Assembly: GCF_018350175.1 (NCBI RefSeq)
Contig: NC_058368.1
Coordinates: forward strand, 47,122,001-47,186,000
Origin: Felis catus
Taxonomy: Eukaryota
DNA: 64,000 nt
Direction: 5' to 3'
The number at the start of each line of letters is the position of its first letter. The stretch's first letter is position 1. Of the stretch, positions 26,870-39,746 are shown one piece after another. Both the position numbers and the translations under genes were made by a program. Below the pieces are notes generated by a model, which was not told the origin of the DNA, did no database searches, and saw only the letters and a program-made list of their open reading frames with translations.

Positions 26870-27110
26870 TTCACAAATGGGATCGACAGCCCTAAGGAAG
26901 AGATCCCTGTTTGCACTGCCGAGCCACGCTACCTGCTGCACCACTAGCCTCTTAACTGCTGCAGTAGAATTGCGTGTACGTGGGGTTTACATAGAGTGCT
27001 CCAATGGCACTTCCCAACAGAAGCAAAAGCACACGCGAGTGACAGTCCAAGAAAGCGACTTCAGCATTGAGATGGCATTGCCTGCATGCCCTCAATTAAA
27101 GAAGTTGTCT
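26870..27110. promoter_or_regulatory. Candidate enhancer with bHLH-PAS motifs
   Basis: TTGCGTG (26970-26976) abuts TACGTG (26977-26982). About 8 CpGs. Confidence 0.3.
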
Positions 27111-27169
27111 CAAATAAAATATATGACCATAACATAGATGTTGTGTATTGTCAGAGACAACTCCCCTTA

Positions 27170-27392
27170 CCACCTACCAAAAACAAACCCTTGTCCTATT
27201 TCTTTTTCATCCTGACACTCACTATTCTCTAGAATTACATCAGGTGTTTGTTTCCTTGTGTGTTGCCTCCCTTCTCCACCAGATACAAGCCCCATGAGGA
27301 CAGGGATTTGTCTTGTTCGCTGTAGCAGCCACAGCATGAGAACTTGCCTGGCCTGCAATAGATGCTTCAAAAGTATCTTTTGAACAAATGAG
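27170..27392 (+). mobile_element. L2 LINE 3' end
   Basis: aagccccatgaggacagggatttgtcttgttcgctgtagc...gcctggcctgcaatagatgcttcaaaagtatcttttgaacaaatga. Confidence 0.85.
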
Positions 27393-27566
27393 CGTTGGAA
27401 CATCCTCAGCAATGTAACGGTTAAACACAGAACCTAAGTGCACCAGAAGATGGGTAGGTAGGTTCAGACATTCAAGTATCTGTCTTGAATGTGAAGTGCA
27501 TACTTGTGCTTCCCTTGTAAACTCAAGGATGAAGGTCACAGAATCCGTGACAGAAAGGTTTATCTT

Positions 27567-27794
27567 TCCTTTTTTTTTTTTTTTTTTTTTTTTAGTGTTT
27601 ATTTATTTTTGAGAGACAGACAGAGCCTGAGTGGGGGGAGGGGCAGAGAGGGAGGGAGACACAGAATCCGAAGCAGGCTTTCAGGCTCTGAGCTGTCAGC
27701 ACATAACCCGATGGCGGGGCTCAAACCCACGAACTGTGAGATCATGACCTGAGCCCAAGTCAGATGCTCAACTGACTGAGCCACCCAGGCGCCC
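27567..27794 (-). mobile_element. Can-SINE (SINEC_Fc type), first of a tandem pair
   Basis: Full SINE between copies of gaaaggtttatctt at 27553-27566 and 27796-27809. Confidence 0.96.
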
Positions 27795-27809
27795 TGAAAG
27801 GTTTATCTT

Positions 27810-28035
27810 TTTTTTTTTTTAATTTTTTTTTTTAACATTTATTTATTTTTGAGACAGAGGGAGACAGAGCATGAATGGGGGAGGGTCAGAGAGAGGGAGA
27901 CACAGAATCTGAAACAGGCTCCAGGCTCCGAGCTGTCAGCACAGAGCCCGACGCGGGGCTCGAACTCCCGGACTGCGAGATCATGACCTGAGCCGAAGTC
28001 GGCTGCCCAACCGACTGAGCCACCCAGGCACCCCC
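27810..28035 (-). mobile_element. Can-SINE (SINEC_Fc type), second of a tandem pair
   Basis: Full SINE between copies of gaaaggtttatctt at 27796-27809 and 28037-28050. Confidence 0.96.
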
Positions 28036-29542
28036 TGAAAGGTTTATCTTAAAGTGAATCTCAGGACCATTATGACAGAGCACTCTCCCATGATCTTCAC
28101 TATGATTTTGCAATTTGGGCAGATCCAGAGAAAAGGCTCCACAGCACTACTGAATTTATAACAGGGCTCACCCAAATTATAGGCTACTGGTGGAGACAGA
28201 GTTGAGTTGATGCTAGTCAATAAATCAATGAAGACGTCTTCCAAAACACTCTTTCACAGTGACCTTCACTGAAGTGTTGAAATCGCTGTGAACTCTTCCA
28301 AATTATGGCATAAGTGCTCCTAGAAGTTGCATTGAGAAAGTGCAACCTAGTTTTTCATGGGACTGAAAAAAAATACCAAACACACCCTTTAAAAGCTTAT
28401 CTTCAACAAGGAAGTGGGATGGAGGGATGCTTCCTGGAAAAGAATATTCTTCAGTCTTTAGGTTTACCCTTCATGAAAACAGATAATAGACCCTCAAGGA
28501 ACTTTGTATCTATCAGACTCAATGTTTACGGAAACATCCTAAAATAGCATTCATATCTGAGGAGCTCACCTCCATGAAACCACAGAGAGTCTGCTAAAAC
28601 CTAAGAAACAAACAGCTAAAAAAAGGTTTCTGAACCATGGTACATTTTAGAGTATTCTGAACAGTAATGTTCTACTCGAAGGGTATGATTTATGGTCCTC
28701 CCTAAATCTGGTCTCCAGAGCTGACTTAGGCTAATTTCTAGATCCTACTGCATCTACTTAGATCTTATTCCTCATATATTTTGAATGCTAAATGCAAAAC
28801 ATGTACACTGTTGGTGGCTATATTTTAGGTGGGGAATGCAATTCTTCCCCATAGTGGCAATACAGCATCCTCTCAGTTATAAATATCTTCACTTCAATGA
28901 GAAAAGATGATGAAATTCTTTTTGAAGACTCTCAAAGGGCTTGCAGATTTTTAAAAATATTACCGCCACTTTGTTTGGAAGAAATACAGTTTGGTCGTAA
29001 AACCATCATTTGTGATTGGATTTATGAACATGACATGCATTTGCATGCTGTGCGTGAAAACTGTGCACCAAAGAGTGATTTCAAACAAGGATACTGTTGC
29101 TAGTCAGAATTTTCTCATCTGTATTACCATTAGCAAATTTCAAGTTCCCCAACCTGTTGAAAATAAATGTAATTCAAAGAATCTTCCTTCACATAGACAC
29201 AGTCTATCAACTTCAAAATTCCTCTTACCCGCATTGAAATTTTTCCAATTAGAATGGGAAATTCTTTTGTTTTTGCCCCAAAGCTTTCTCTTTTAATGTT
29301 AGCTCAAAAGAAGAACATCTTTCTTTTTTCAGTTGTTCTCTTTGTGCCCTTATGATCTATCTGTAACTTGTGTAGAACATTTTATCATTGAGCATCGATC
29401 TTAGGAGTGTGTTAATAAAAACATAGTTGCCCTACCAAATCTAACTCCCTTATTGAACAATCTTGATTAAGCACAAGAAACTGTATGGGTACTAGATTTC
29501 TTTTAAAGTAAGAAAGAAGCTGCCTTAAAGAAGCTTACTTTT

Positions 29543-29758
29543 GGGGCACCTGGGTGGCTCAGTCGGTTGAGCGTCCAACTTCGGCTCAGGTCATGATCTC
29601 ACAGTACGTGGGTTGGAGCCCCGCATTGGGGTCTACGCTGACGGCTCGGAGCCTAGAGCCTGCTTCGGATTCTGTGCTTCCCTCTCTCTCTGCCCCTTCC
29701 CCACTCATGCTCTGTCTCTCTCTGTCTCTCAAAAATGAATAAACATTAAAAAAAAAAG
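29543..29758 (+). mobile_element. Can-SINE (SINEC_Fc type)
   Basis: Perfect TSD aagaagcttactttt at 29528-29542 and 29759-29773. Confidence 0.96.
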
Positions 29759-31539
29759 AAGAAGCTTACTTTTAATGTTCCTCTGCTATGAAGTAGAAGG
29801 AAATAAGGGCTAAGTCAAAGTACATGTGATACTTTACCCTAAAAACGTGTCACAAGGAGCCGTTGATTAAGACTTGAGGGATCCGGTAAAGCTTTCTGAG
29901 AAGTTGTCATTTTTCTTTGGTTTGAATGATCGGTAGGATGTTGATAAGGGGAAAACCAGGAACATCTGAGGGACATGGAAAGCTCAAACTCACTGATTCA
30001 GAGCATTCTCTCAAATTCAGTACTGGGCTCAGATCAAAATTTCATAAAAGCAAATGCTTCAGATTGATATTGGAGATGTGAATTGAAGCCCAAGGTTTAA
30101 TGTACACTCCTCAATAACCACAGTAAGACAACCATTAGTAATTTAGTGGTTGACTGAATCATCTGTAGTGAAATAGTCCCCATAGATGAGATCCCTATTT
30201 TAAATATCCAACGTTTACACACAGAGAAAGTACAAACTAAGGTTACCTATTTAGAACATTTTTACTGTACTCCTTAAGAGAAACAAGAATTCCTTTATGA
30301 AATAAAATGCAAATGAGAATGCATTTGGCAGGCTCACTCCAAGCACATGTAAAGAAGCAGCATTATCACACTAGCAGGTGCTCTAGTCCCAGTGTTTTAT
30401 CCTGTCAATAGGAAAATCCTTGATGTGCTATTGAATACACAGTTATCTTGACAGCCATCTTCATGTAATATTCAAGATAGCTTTTACAAAGTCTCAGTTA
30501 TAATATTAGCCTGAGATCTAATGCTTGCTCTTTATTTAAGGGATGATTAACTTGATTTGATGCTTTCTTTGCTGTGAGCCAACTCAGATTCAGAATTCTC
30601 CTGGGCAGATCTCACTACCTTTAACTGACCGTAAATATATGATGTGCCTAGCCCAAACCCTATTCTTATCAATTACTGTTCTACACCACCAGTTTTACCC
30701 TGCCTTAAGTCAAGAGCTATTTGCATCAGCTTTCCACCATGTATTGGGCCTGACCTTTGAAATATTGTAGCCACTGAATTCCTATTATTCAGAACAAGAA
30801 AGAACTGTCTTGAAAGCTCGATTTTGGTTCCAGTGGGAAACAAACAAACAAACAAACACTATTCTATGACATTAACTGTCTCAAAACCCTTTTATTATTG
30901 CCAATCTACAAAAGAATGTTGAGATGGAGTTTACCTGGTTGAAACTCATATTTAGAAGGAAAGAAAGAAGGGAGGGAGGGTGGGAGAAAAGAAACTTAGC
31001 ACTTACAAACTCTAGAAATAGAATCTAAGAGAATTCCTGCTTCTCTGCACACATAGACATGGCAGAGTATTCTAGTTATCACAGACTCAGAAACTTTGAT
31101 TGGGAATTGACACATCCCATCCCAATTGCTTACCCTTGGCAAGCTCTATATACAAAAGGCAATATGCATGAGTATCTTGTCTGGGGCTAAAAGGAGGCGA
31201 GAAGTTTCAGACATAGAGACACAGGGAGATATGAGGGTAATAAAGAAGTGCCATATCCTTCCTCTCTTACAGACTTCCTGGGCTTGTCTTGAGCTGTGGT
31301 GGGTTTACTAATTTAAGCATACTTAAACATGCAAAGAAATATAGCGTTTTTATATTTTCTATGCCTATCTGAGCTCACTTATAAGGCCCAATGACTTAGG
31401 TAGCAGGGAGAGAAAAAACAACTACACTGAGTAGTTAATTAATTAATTCGTTCATTTCTGTCACTCTATAGATTTCACCTTTTTTTAAAAAAGTTCCTTA
31501 GCCCCCCCCTTTTTTTACATAAATGTCAACCTGTCTGAT

Positions 31540-31800
31540 CTCTTCCACCACAGTCTGCTTTTCTTCAAGATGGCAACTAGGCATGTGGAAACGTAGAGTC
31601 TAGGGGGCTTGTGACAGAAAGAGGTAAGGGGAATCACACGCAGGTCTTTTCACTGTCCTCGGGCAACAAATCTCACAGCCACTTCCTCTCCGCCATTAGT
31701 ATCTGTAGTCAATTCTCCTGTCATCTGGCCAAGGTCTGCAGTTGTCCCTGCTGACCAGGCTCTTACTTAGTCCCAATAGGTGTTGAGTAGCTCTGAGATG
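31540..31800 (-). mobile_element. Probable old MaLR (MLT1) LTR fragment
   Basis: caagatggca...tcacagccacttcctctccgccattagt resembles antisense MLT1. Confidence 0.35.
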
Positions 31801-32219
31801 TGCCTGCAACTTCCCCCTTGGTCCTGGTCTGGTGAGGTGTGCCCACAGCCCACAGCAACCAGGCCGTTTCATCCCACCACCATGATTTCCTCTGGGAGCT
31901 TCCCATTCATCCATCCCCCTCCATCATCCAGTCCAATCCACCTGGGTACAAGGTACAGCTCGAGACAGCTGCATTCAACCTGCCCTCGCCAAGGTATGCT
32001 GGCCTTCTTGTGAGGTTTCTCCCAGGGACAGCACTGGATAGAGGCAACTCCCAAAGCCACAAAGTCAAGACTTGGCCCCAGAAAGAGGAGATCAGCTATA
32101 TCCCTGCTCTACCTCTCTTAACTTGCTCCTCACCCTATTCTTCCCACAATCTCCAAGGCTGGCAAAGGCAGCTCTTGTCTACATTTTATCTGGGACATCC
32201 CCATAGAGCCAAATGTAGT

Positions 32220-32932
32220 TGAGGCGTTCACACAGTGGGATCCAGTGAGCCTCGCTCAGGTCTGCAAGATCAAAACCATTTTTAAAACACTAACATTAAC
32301 ACGTTATTTGCTATTTTCCCTCTCATTCTTTTATAAGTATACAGTGGGGTTTTCCAGAAGTGATGTGGTGTGTGATTCCATGAAAGAAGAAACCCAGAGA
32401 CAGATATGTGACTCCAGATGTCTTCTGTTAAACCTGACATTTGCAACAATGTTAAGCACTCCCATTCTTCTCACTACTTTTTTCTGGCTTGGGATAATAT
32501 CATTTTTTAATGAAGATATGTTATGCATGTTAACATCTAAGGGGTTTGTTATTGACATGTTAAATTGAATATTTAAAGAAATATCTTTAAAATTTGTGTT
32601 TTAAGCTCTAATAAGTAAATTTCAATAATTTGAAAGCTCTCAAACATCCTTAATTATTCTTTTTTTAAATTTTTTAGTATTTATTTATTTTGAGACAAAG
32701 AGAGAGCAACAAGGAGGGGGGAAGACACAAAGGGAGAGAGAGAATCCCAAGCAGCCTCCATGATTTCAGCACAGATCCAAAGTGGGGCTCAATCCCATGC
32801 ACCATGAGATCACGACCTGAGCTGATATCAAGAGCCAGACGCTTAACCCACTGAGCTACCCAGGCACAGCATCAATTATCCTTTAAGGGTGAAAAGGTAT
32901 CTTGAGACCAAAAATTTGAGTCCTGCTTCTCT
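32220..32932. mobile_element. hAT-Charlie non-autonomous DNA transposon (Charlie4a-like), interrupted by a SINE
   Basis: caagatcaaaaccattttt...tatacagtggggttttccagaag...cagatatgtgactccagatgtcttctgttaaacctgacatt...tcttgagaccaaaaatttgag follows the recalled Charlie4a consensus. Confidence 0.8.
32660..32867 (-). mobile_element. Older Can-SINE
   Basis: gagaatcccaagcagcctcc...gagatcacgacctgagctgatatcaagag...ctgagctacccaggcac. Confidence 0.92.
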
Positions 32933-33484
32933 AGTCTCTTCTGCAAAGCTGCAGCCTCGTGAGGAGCTCAAAAAAAAACAAAAACAAAAACAAAAACAAA
33001 ACGAAGTTAATATAAATTCTGTCTCCAGGCAACATCAGGATTTTCCATCCCGGAGCCATAAGCCTGTGGTTCACACCTGAAGGTGAAATACTGAAATGTT
33101 GGCGACAACATGTTTCAAAGGGAAGACTTTAAAAGTACCAGTTGGACTCGTGCGAGGTGCTTCCTATGATACTCTTTGGGAAGACAATAACCAGGATTCT
33201 GGGCTCCGGTAGTGTCCCATCGGGGGTCCCAATGACAAAGAGTGACCGAGAGTTGGGGAGCAGACATTCTTGCTTTAGGAACACTCCCAGGGGCACAACT
33301 GGAGACAGCTCCCTAGGGCTCCCAGACTGGGGCTTTAGTGGAACCTCTTGACGAAGAAGCCCAAATAGTAGAACATGATCAAATCTTCCTGACACTTGGG
33401 GCTCTCAGAAGAAATGCAAAAGAGTGAGAGCTGACAGCTTGGGTCAAACATGTGAGATCCAGACACAGAAGTCAACTATTACTC

Positions 33485-33687
33485 TTTTTTTTTTTTTTTA
33501 ATGTTTATTTTGGAGAGAGAAAGTGCATGAGTTGGGAGAGGATAGAAAGAGACGGAGACACAGAATCTGAAGCAGGCTCCAGGCTCTGGGCTGTCAGCAG
33601 TCAATGCGGGGCTCGAACTCACCAGCCATGAGATCATGACCTGAGCTGAAGTCGGTCGCTCAACTGACTGAGCCACCCAGGCACCCC
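33485..33687 (-). mobile_element. Can-SINE (SINEC_Fc type)
   Basis: Full SINE with TSD aagtcaactatta on both sides. Confidence 0.95.
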
Positions 33688-33919
33688 TCAAAAGTCAACT
33701 ATTATTCTTGATGAAAGACACTTCTACCTGTGGGCTGGTGAAGCCTGGGACATAAGTAAGGTTACATACCTGTGATCAAGTACTGATCCACCACAAGTTG
33801 TTTTAGTAATGTAATACAATCTCTAAATTGTAGTTTCTAAGCCAGGCAAAAAATTGGAAATCACTTATGAACATAGAATTCACACTTATTTCAAACATGT
33901 TAAAGTTAAAATAATAATT

Positions 33920-34170
33920 AGAATTAATGTTTCTTGAATGCTGAGTATTATTCAAAATGCTCCTACTGAGAGCGAATCATCCAATTGTCTGAAATATGGA
34001 TCTTACCATTATATCTAATTATTATTATTATTGTTTCAGTTTTGGAGTTGAGGAAACTAAGAGCTTTTTCTAAGGCCACATGGCTAGAAAAGGTTAATAA
34101 AATATGCTTTAAAAATTTTTTGTCTCCTCAAACCTACTTTAACTGTAAAACTCAGGCACTCCATGATACC
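33920..34170 (-). mobile_element. MIR
   Basis: gagttgaggaaactaagag...ctaaggccacatggctag is the antisense MIR core. Confidence 0.6.
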
Positions 34171-34914
34171 CATTAACATTATGCTTCAGTGTCTGTTTTA
34201 TGTATAAAAGAGCCACCCCTCAACTCTCCACCGTACCACCCGCTTGTCACAGATACCCATCTGAAACGGTCCTGAGGAATGCAATCTGGTTCAATTTGCT
34301 AAGGGGACAAAAATTCCTCATAAGGTTTAGTGATCGCTGCAGTTGGAATGTTCTGAAACCAAGACCATATTCATGTCATGGCAAATTAGGTCACCATGGC
34401 GAGACATGGAATCATGGGATGACGGAATGTAAGAGTACATTATTAACTGGTGTCCCCTCCGTTTTATTTTTCCTCGGTGACACTTAACAAATTGAATGTA
34501 AATGTTCAGAAACACAAAATGCTCTGTTAGATGGTCAAAAAGAGGTGGGGTGGGAGAGGAAGGGGCACAGAAACTGGCAGGCAGTACAGTAATAGGACAT
34601 TGACTACGGTAAAAATTTCTGGAAATGTTATTTTTCTATGAATGCCTTTTACAAGTTATCTTTGAAGTAGCCCAGTAATTTTTGCTCAAGCTACTATTTT
34701 TTTTTAAAGTTTGGCAGAACTGATTTTGTTAACCTCTGGTTAGTAAAAAACAAGAAACTTTAAACCTACAATCTTCTAACTGTGTATAACTATGCCATAC
34801 AGGAATGAATAAAAATATGAACCCGTGTAACCTACCGTATCGAACATCTCAGAATGATGAACTTTTTACCTTAAATTTTGTGGATTTTGTACAATAGGTG
34901 AGCCAGACAGGCAC

Positions 34915-35175
34915 GACGAATTCATGGCTACACATGTGGGCTCTGATGCCAGACCCCACGTTTGAAATCCTGGCTCTACCATGTGCTAGCTGTGTGACCT
35001 TGGGCAAGTTACTTAACTTCTCTGCAACTCGATTGCACAGGGTGAACATGAGCTTAATAATAATCACATCGATCTCATAAGAAGATTTTGGTTGCGATAA
35101 ATAAATGAGTCAACATGGAAAATACTAAGAAAACTGCTTGGTACATATTAGGCACGCAATAAAGGTAATTATTAA
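34915..35175 (+). mobile_element. MIR
   Basis: aaatcctggctctaccatgtgctagctgtgtgaccttgggcaagttacttaacttctctg is the MIR core. Confidence 0.9.
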
Positions 35176-35674
35176 TATCGTCTTACAGCCCCTTGACTTT
35201 CACTTCTGTTCTAATATAAATATCTTACAGATAAAACCCAAATGGAGCATGATGATTTTCATCAGTGCTAAAACAACACACAGAGATGTATTAAAAAGAA
35301 ATATAAAATATAATATAAACATAAAATATAAATGTATTTTAAAATATAAAAATTCAAAAGGCCTGAAAAGAACTTAGATTTTACTGACAGTTCTTTGCAG
35401 ACACAGAAGTATCCACAGCAAAAATTCTAGCATGTGTACTTTTTGAAATAACATTTATATTTGCCGCATCTATGTCTAAAAAAGCATTGTGGATATTATA
35501 TAGTCAAGGAGGCTACAACAAGGGGATGGAGATAAGATTGTTGTAATTGTCCAAGGAAAAGATGAAATTGGAAGGGACTATAGTCAGAGAAGCAAAGATG
35601 GGGAAAAGCAGAATTTCTTTAGGAAATATCTAATAAATGTAACTTGGGGCTGCTCCCTCGCAGATACAAATGAT

Positions 35675-36367
35675 ATAAATACAAAAAATAGTACGTGTTG
35701 GCTAGGATATGAAGAAATTTGAAAACTCATATATTTCTGATGGGACTGAAAATGGGACAGCCACTTTTGGAAAACAGTTTGGCAATTCCTCAAATTATTA
35801 AGCATAGACTTACCATATGACCCAGAAATTCTACCCTTAGGTATATGACCAAGAGAATTAAAAACATACGTCTACCAAAAACCTCATACACAAATGTTCA
35901 CTGCAACTTTATTTACACCAACCCAAAAAGTGGAAACAACCCAAGTGTTCACCGACTGATGAATGGATAAACAAAATGTGGTATATCCATTCCATGGAAT
36001 ATTATTCGTCATAAAAAAGAATGAAATACTGATAAATGCTACAACATGGATGAACCTGAAAAACATTGTGTGAAGTGAAGGAAACCAGTCAGACGCATAT
36101 TCTATGATACGATTCATAAGAAATATCCAGAATTCGCAAATCCATAGAGACAGAGAGTAGATTAGTGGTTGCCAACCCCTGGGAGGGAAGAATTGGGAAT
36201 AAGTACTTAGGCGGATGGAGTTCTTGCTGGGGTGATGCAATGTTCTAGAATCAGACAGTGGTAGCGGCTGCCCAACTCAACAAATACACTAAAAAACCCT
36301 GAATTGTACACTTTAAAATGGTAAATTATATGGCATTTAAATTATATCTCATCAAAGCTATTACCAA
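35675..36367 (+). mobile_element. L1MB-type 3' end
   Basis: cagccacttttggaaaacagtttggcaattcctc...aacatggatgaacctgaaaaacatt...gaattgtacactttaaaatggtaaatt. Confidence 0.92.
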
Positions 36368-36832
36368 AAATTATAGGAAAATGAATTTAAATAAAAAGAT
36401 AGACGGGGAACTATTTCTTTACCTTTTCAATTCGGAAGATTCGATGGTTCTTAGAGGATATACTCAGAAAGTTCTCATGGGAAATTATGTTTGGAGATAA
36501 GGAACGGAAACTTCTGGCAATGTAGACCAGCAATGTTAGTTATCTTCTGGCAGACACACCCTGTAGACAACAGATATTATTTAGTGGTGCTTTATGCAAA
36601 AACAAGTCGTTCTCAGATCAACCATAAGAAGAAAGAGTCAACCACATCACCAAAAAGTAAGTAAAAAATTTTATAGTGCTCAAGCGGAAGGGGCCTAATT
36701 TAGGCTTGAAAATATATTCCTACACCATTAGAATGATCACCCAAGAAACTATTGACATAAAGTCTAGTGCAGTAAAAGAGGATGGTGATGTTCTTGGCTT
36801 ACTAGGTCATCTTTTAAAAAATTAGTTGGATA

Positions 36833-37054
36833 GGAGCACCTGGGTGGCTTAGTCTGTTAAGTGTCTGACTTCAGCTCGGGTCAAGATCTCACATTTCATG
36901 GATTGGAACCCCTCATTGGGCTCTGTGCTGACAGCTCAAAGCCTGGAGCCTGCTTCTGATTCTGTGCCTCCCTCTCTCTCCGCCCCTTCCCTGCTTCTCT
37001 GTCTCTCTCTCTCTGTCTCAAAAATAATAAACATTAAGAAAAAATTTTTTAAAA
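36833..37054 (+). mobile_element. Can-SINE (SINEC_Fc type)
   Basis: ggagcacctgggtggcttagtc head, (CT)n, A tail. Confidence 0.94.
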
Positions 37055-37776
37055 TGACCCCTTGAATATTTATATACTTTACTTCTTACAGTATTTTTTC
37101 CTTATTTGTAGAAATAATAGCATTATTCTTTTCCCAAGTACAAAAACATGTAGAAACTACACATTTTTGGTTTGGTTGGTTGGTGTTTGTTAGCTCTGCT
37201 TCCTTTCTATATGGTGGCACCTTTCCTTCTGTATGACATTTTTATGCCATATGCATTTTTCCAGTATAATTTAAGTGTTGGTGACAACTATGCTAAGGAC
37301 ATAATTCTATAAAAATGTGAAAGGACAGTTATGTAAAGAAATCTATATAAATGAAGAGGGAGCTTTCTGATTAACTCTAATTTTAAAGAGATATATTCAA
37401 CAGTGAAGATAAAGCCCAAAGAGATGGCTGACAAAGGTTAGCAAAAGGACTTCTGTACACAACTTTCATTGGCTCAAGAAGGTCAAGGAAGAATAAGTCA
37501 ACTATTAAGATCATCGGTAACAAGCTCTTAAATGTTCATTATTGTGAGCAGAAAAATCTCAACACTGAAAATAATCCCTCCCAAGCCTAAAGCTCTGTGA
37601 TTCTTTGACTTCTATCCTATCCTCAGAACTGACATAGTGCCTGCCACAAGGCAGACACTCAGTAGAATGTAGAATAAATGTATCAATGACCAGGATTAAT
37701 ATTTTCAGATCTACATGCCTTTGAAAAGATACAAACTGAAAGAAATGTTAAACCCGTTACATTAAGAAGTTCTCAA

Positions 37777-38013
37777 GGGGTGCCTGGGTGGCTTAGTCAG
37801 TTACATGTACTACTCTTGATGTTGGCTCAGGCCATGATCTTGCCATAGTGAGATGGAACCCGCGTCCACCTCTGCACTGAACGTAGAGCCAGCTTGGGAT
37901 TCTCTCTCTCCCTCTCTTTCTGCCCCTCCCCCCCTCAGGCACATGCCCTCTCTCTCTCTCTCTCTCTCTCTCTCCCCTGTCTCTTTCATAATAAATAAAT
38001 AAACATTTAAAAA
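37777..38013 (+). mobile_element. Older Can-SINE
   Basis: ggggtgcctgggtggcttagtcag head, (CT)n, (TAAA)n. Confidence 0.93.
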
Positions 38014-38220
38014 GTTACAAATATAATTAAAGTTGAGAAAACTAAAAAACCCTTAGAACAAGGATCTCAAAGAAATGACACATTCAATGAGGAAAAGAAG
38101 AATTTCAATTGATAAGATAAACATGATTTTAACATCAGAAGATTCTTTCAAAAGAATCATATACCCACATCTACAATTTTAAGCAAGGTAGGAAGAAATC
38201 TATTCAAAATAACTTCACCT

Positions 38221-38652
38221 TGACAAGGAGGCACAAATATACAGTAAAGCAAAGACAATCTCTTCAATAAATGATGCTGGGAAAACTGGACAACTACATG
38301 CAAAAGAATGAAACCAGACCATTTTCTTACACCATATACAAAAATAAACTCAAAATTGATTAAAGACCTAAAATATGAGTACTGAAACCATAAAACTCTC
38401 AAAAGAAAACATAGATGGTAATCTCTTGAACAACAGCCATAGCAACATACTTACGGGTCTGTGTCCTCAGGCAATGGAAACAAAAGCAAAAATAAACTAT
38501 TGGGATTAGACCAAAATAAAGAACTTTTAAACAGCAAAGGAAACCATCAACAAAACAAAAAGGCAACCTACTAAAATAGGAGAAGATATTTGCAAATGAT
38601 ATTTTTGACAAGGGGTTAATATCCAAAATATATAAAGAACTCTTACAACTCA

Positions 38653-38684
<32 letters not shown>

Positions 38685-39746
38685 ACACACAAAACAAACA
38701 AACCAACCAATTTAAAAATGGGCAGAGAACTAGAATAGACATTTTTCCAAAGAAAACATACAGATGACCAATAGACACATGAAAAGATGTTCAATATCAC
38801 TAATCATCCATGAAATGCAGATCAATGCCCAAATGTGATATCACCTCACACTACTCAGAATGGCTATTATCAGAAGGAGAAGAAATAGCAAGTATTGGTG
38901 AGGATGTGGAGAAAAGAGAACTCTTCATTCACTGTTGGTGGGAATATAAATTGGTGCAACCATCATGAAAAACAGTATGGAGTTTCTTCAAAAAATTAAA
39001 AATAGGAATTCTACGTGATCTAGTAATTCCACTGCTGGGTATACTGAGTATACTAATTTGAAAAAGATATATGCACTGCCATGTTTATTGTAACATTATT
39101 AACAATAGCCAAGATATGGAAGCAACCTAAGTGTCCATGGATTGATGAATGAATAAAGAAGATGTGATATATATAATTAGTGTGTGCATGTGTGTGTGTA
39201 CATGCATGTGTGTGTGTGTTTGGTGTATATAGTATATATATGCACACATATATTTAGTACATATATATTTGGTATATACGGTGTATATATAGTGTGTATA
39301 TATATGTGTGGCATATATATATGTATATATAGTGTGTACCTATATTATATATATGGTGTGTACTTGTCTATACACACACACACACACACGCATGCACACA
39401 CACACACACACGCATGCACACACACCCTGGAATGTTACTCAGCCATAAAAAGGAATGCGATCTTGCCATTTATAATAACACAGATGGACCAAGAGGATAT
39501 TAACCTAAGTAAAATAAGTCAGACAAACACCATCTGATTTTACTTAATTGCAGAATCTAAACAACAAAACAAATGAATAAACAAACAAACAAACAAACAA
39601 AAAAACACCCTTAAATACAGAAAACAAACTGGTGGCTGCCAAGGGGAAGAAGGTGGGAGGGTGGGGAAAATAGGTGAAGGGAATGAAAAGGTACAAATCT
39701 CCAGCCAAAACAAACAAACAAACAAACAAACAAAAAGTTCAAAATT
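38221..39746 (+). mobile_element. 5'-truncated carnivore L1 (decayed ORF2 C-terminus plus 3' UTR)
   Basis: Translates to [39 protein letters not shown], which is the L1 ORF2 C-terminal region. 3' UTR follows. Degenerate TSD at 38206-38220 and 39747-39761. Confidence 0.95.
39180..39425. repeat. Compound (TG)n-(TA)n-(CA)n microsatellite inside L1
   Basis: Directly visible alternating purine-pyrimidine tract. Confidence 0.95.
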
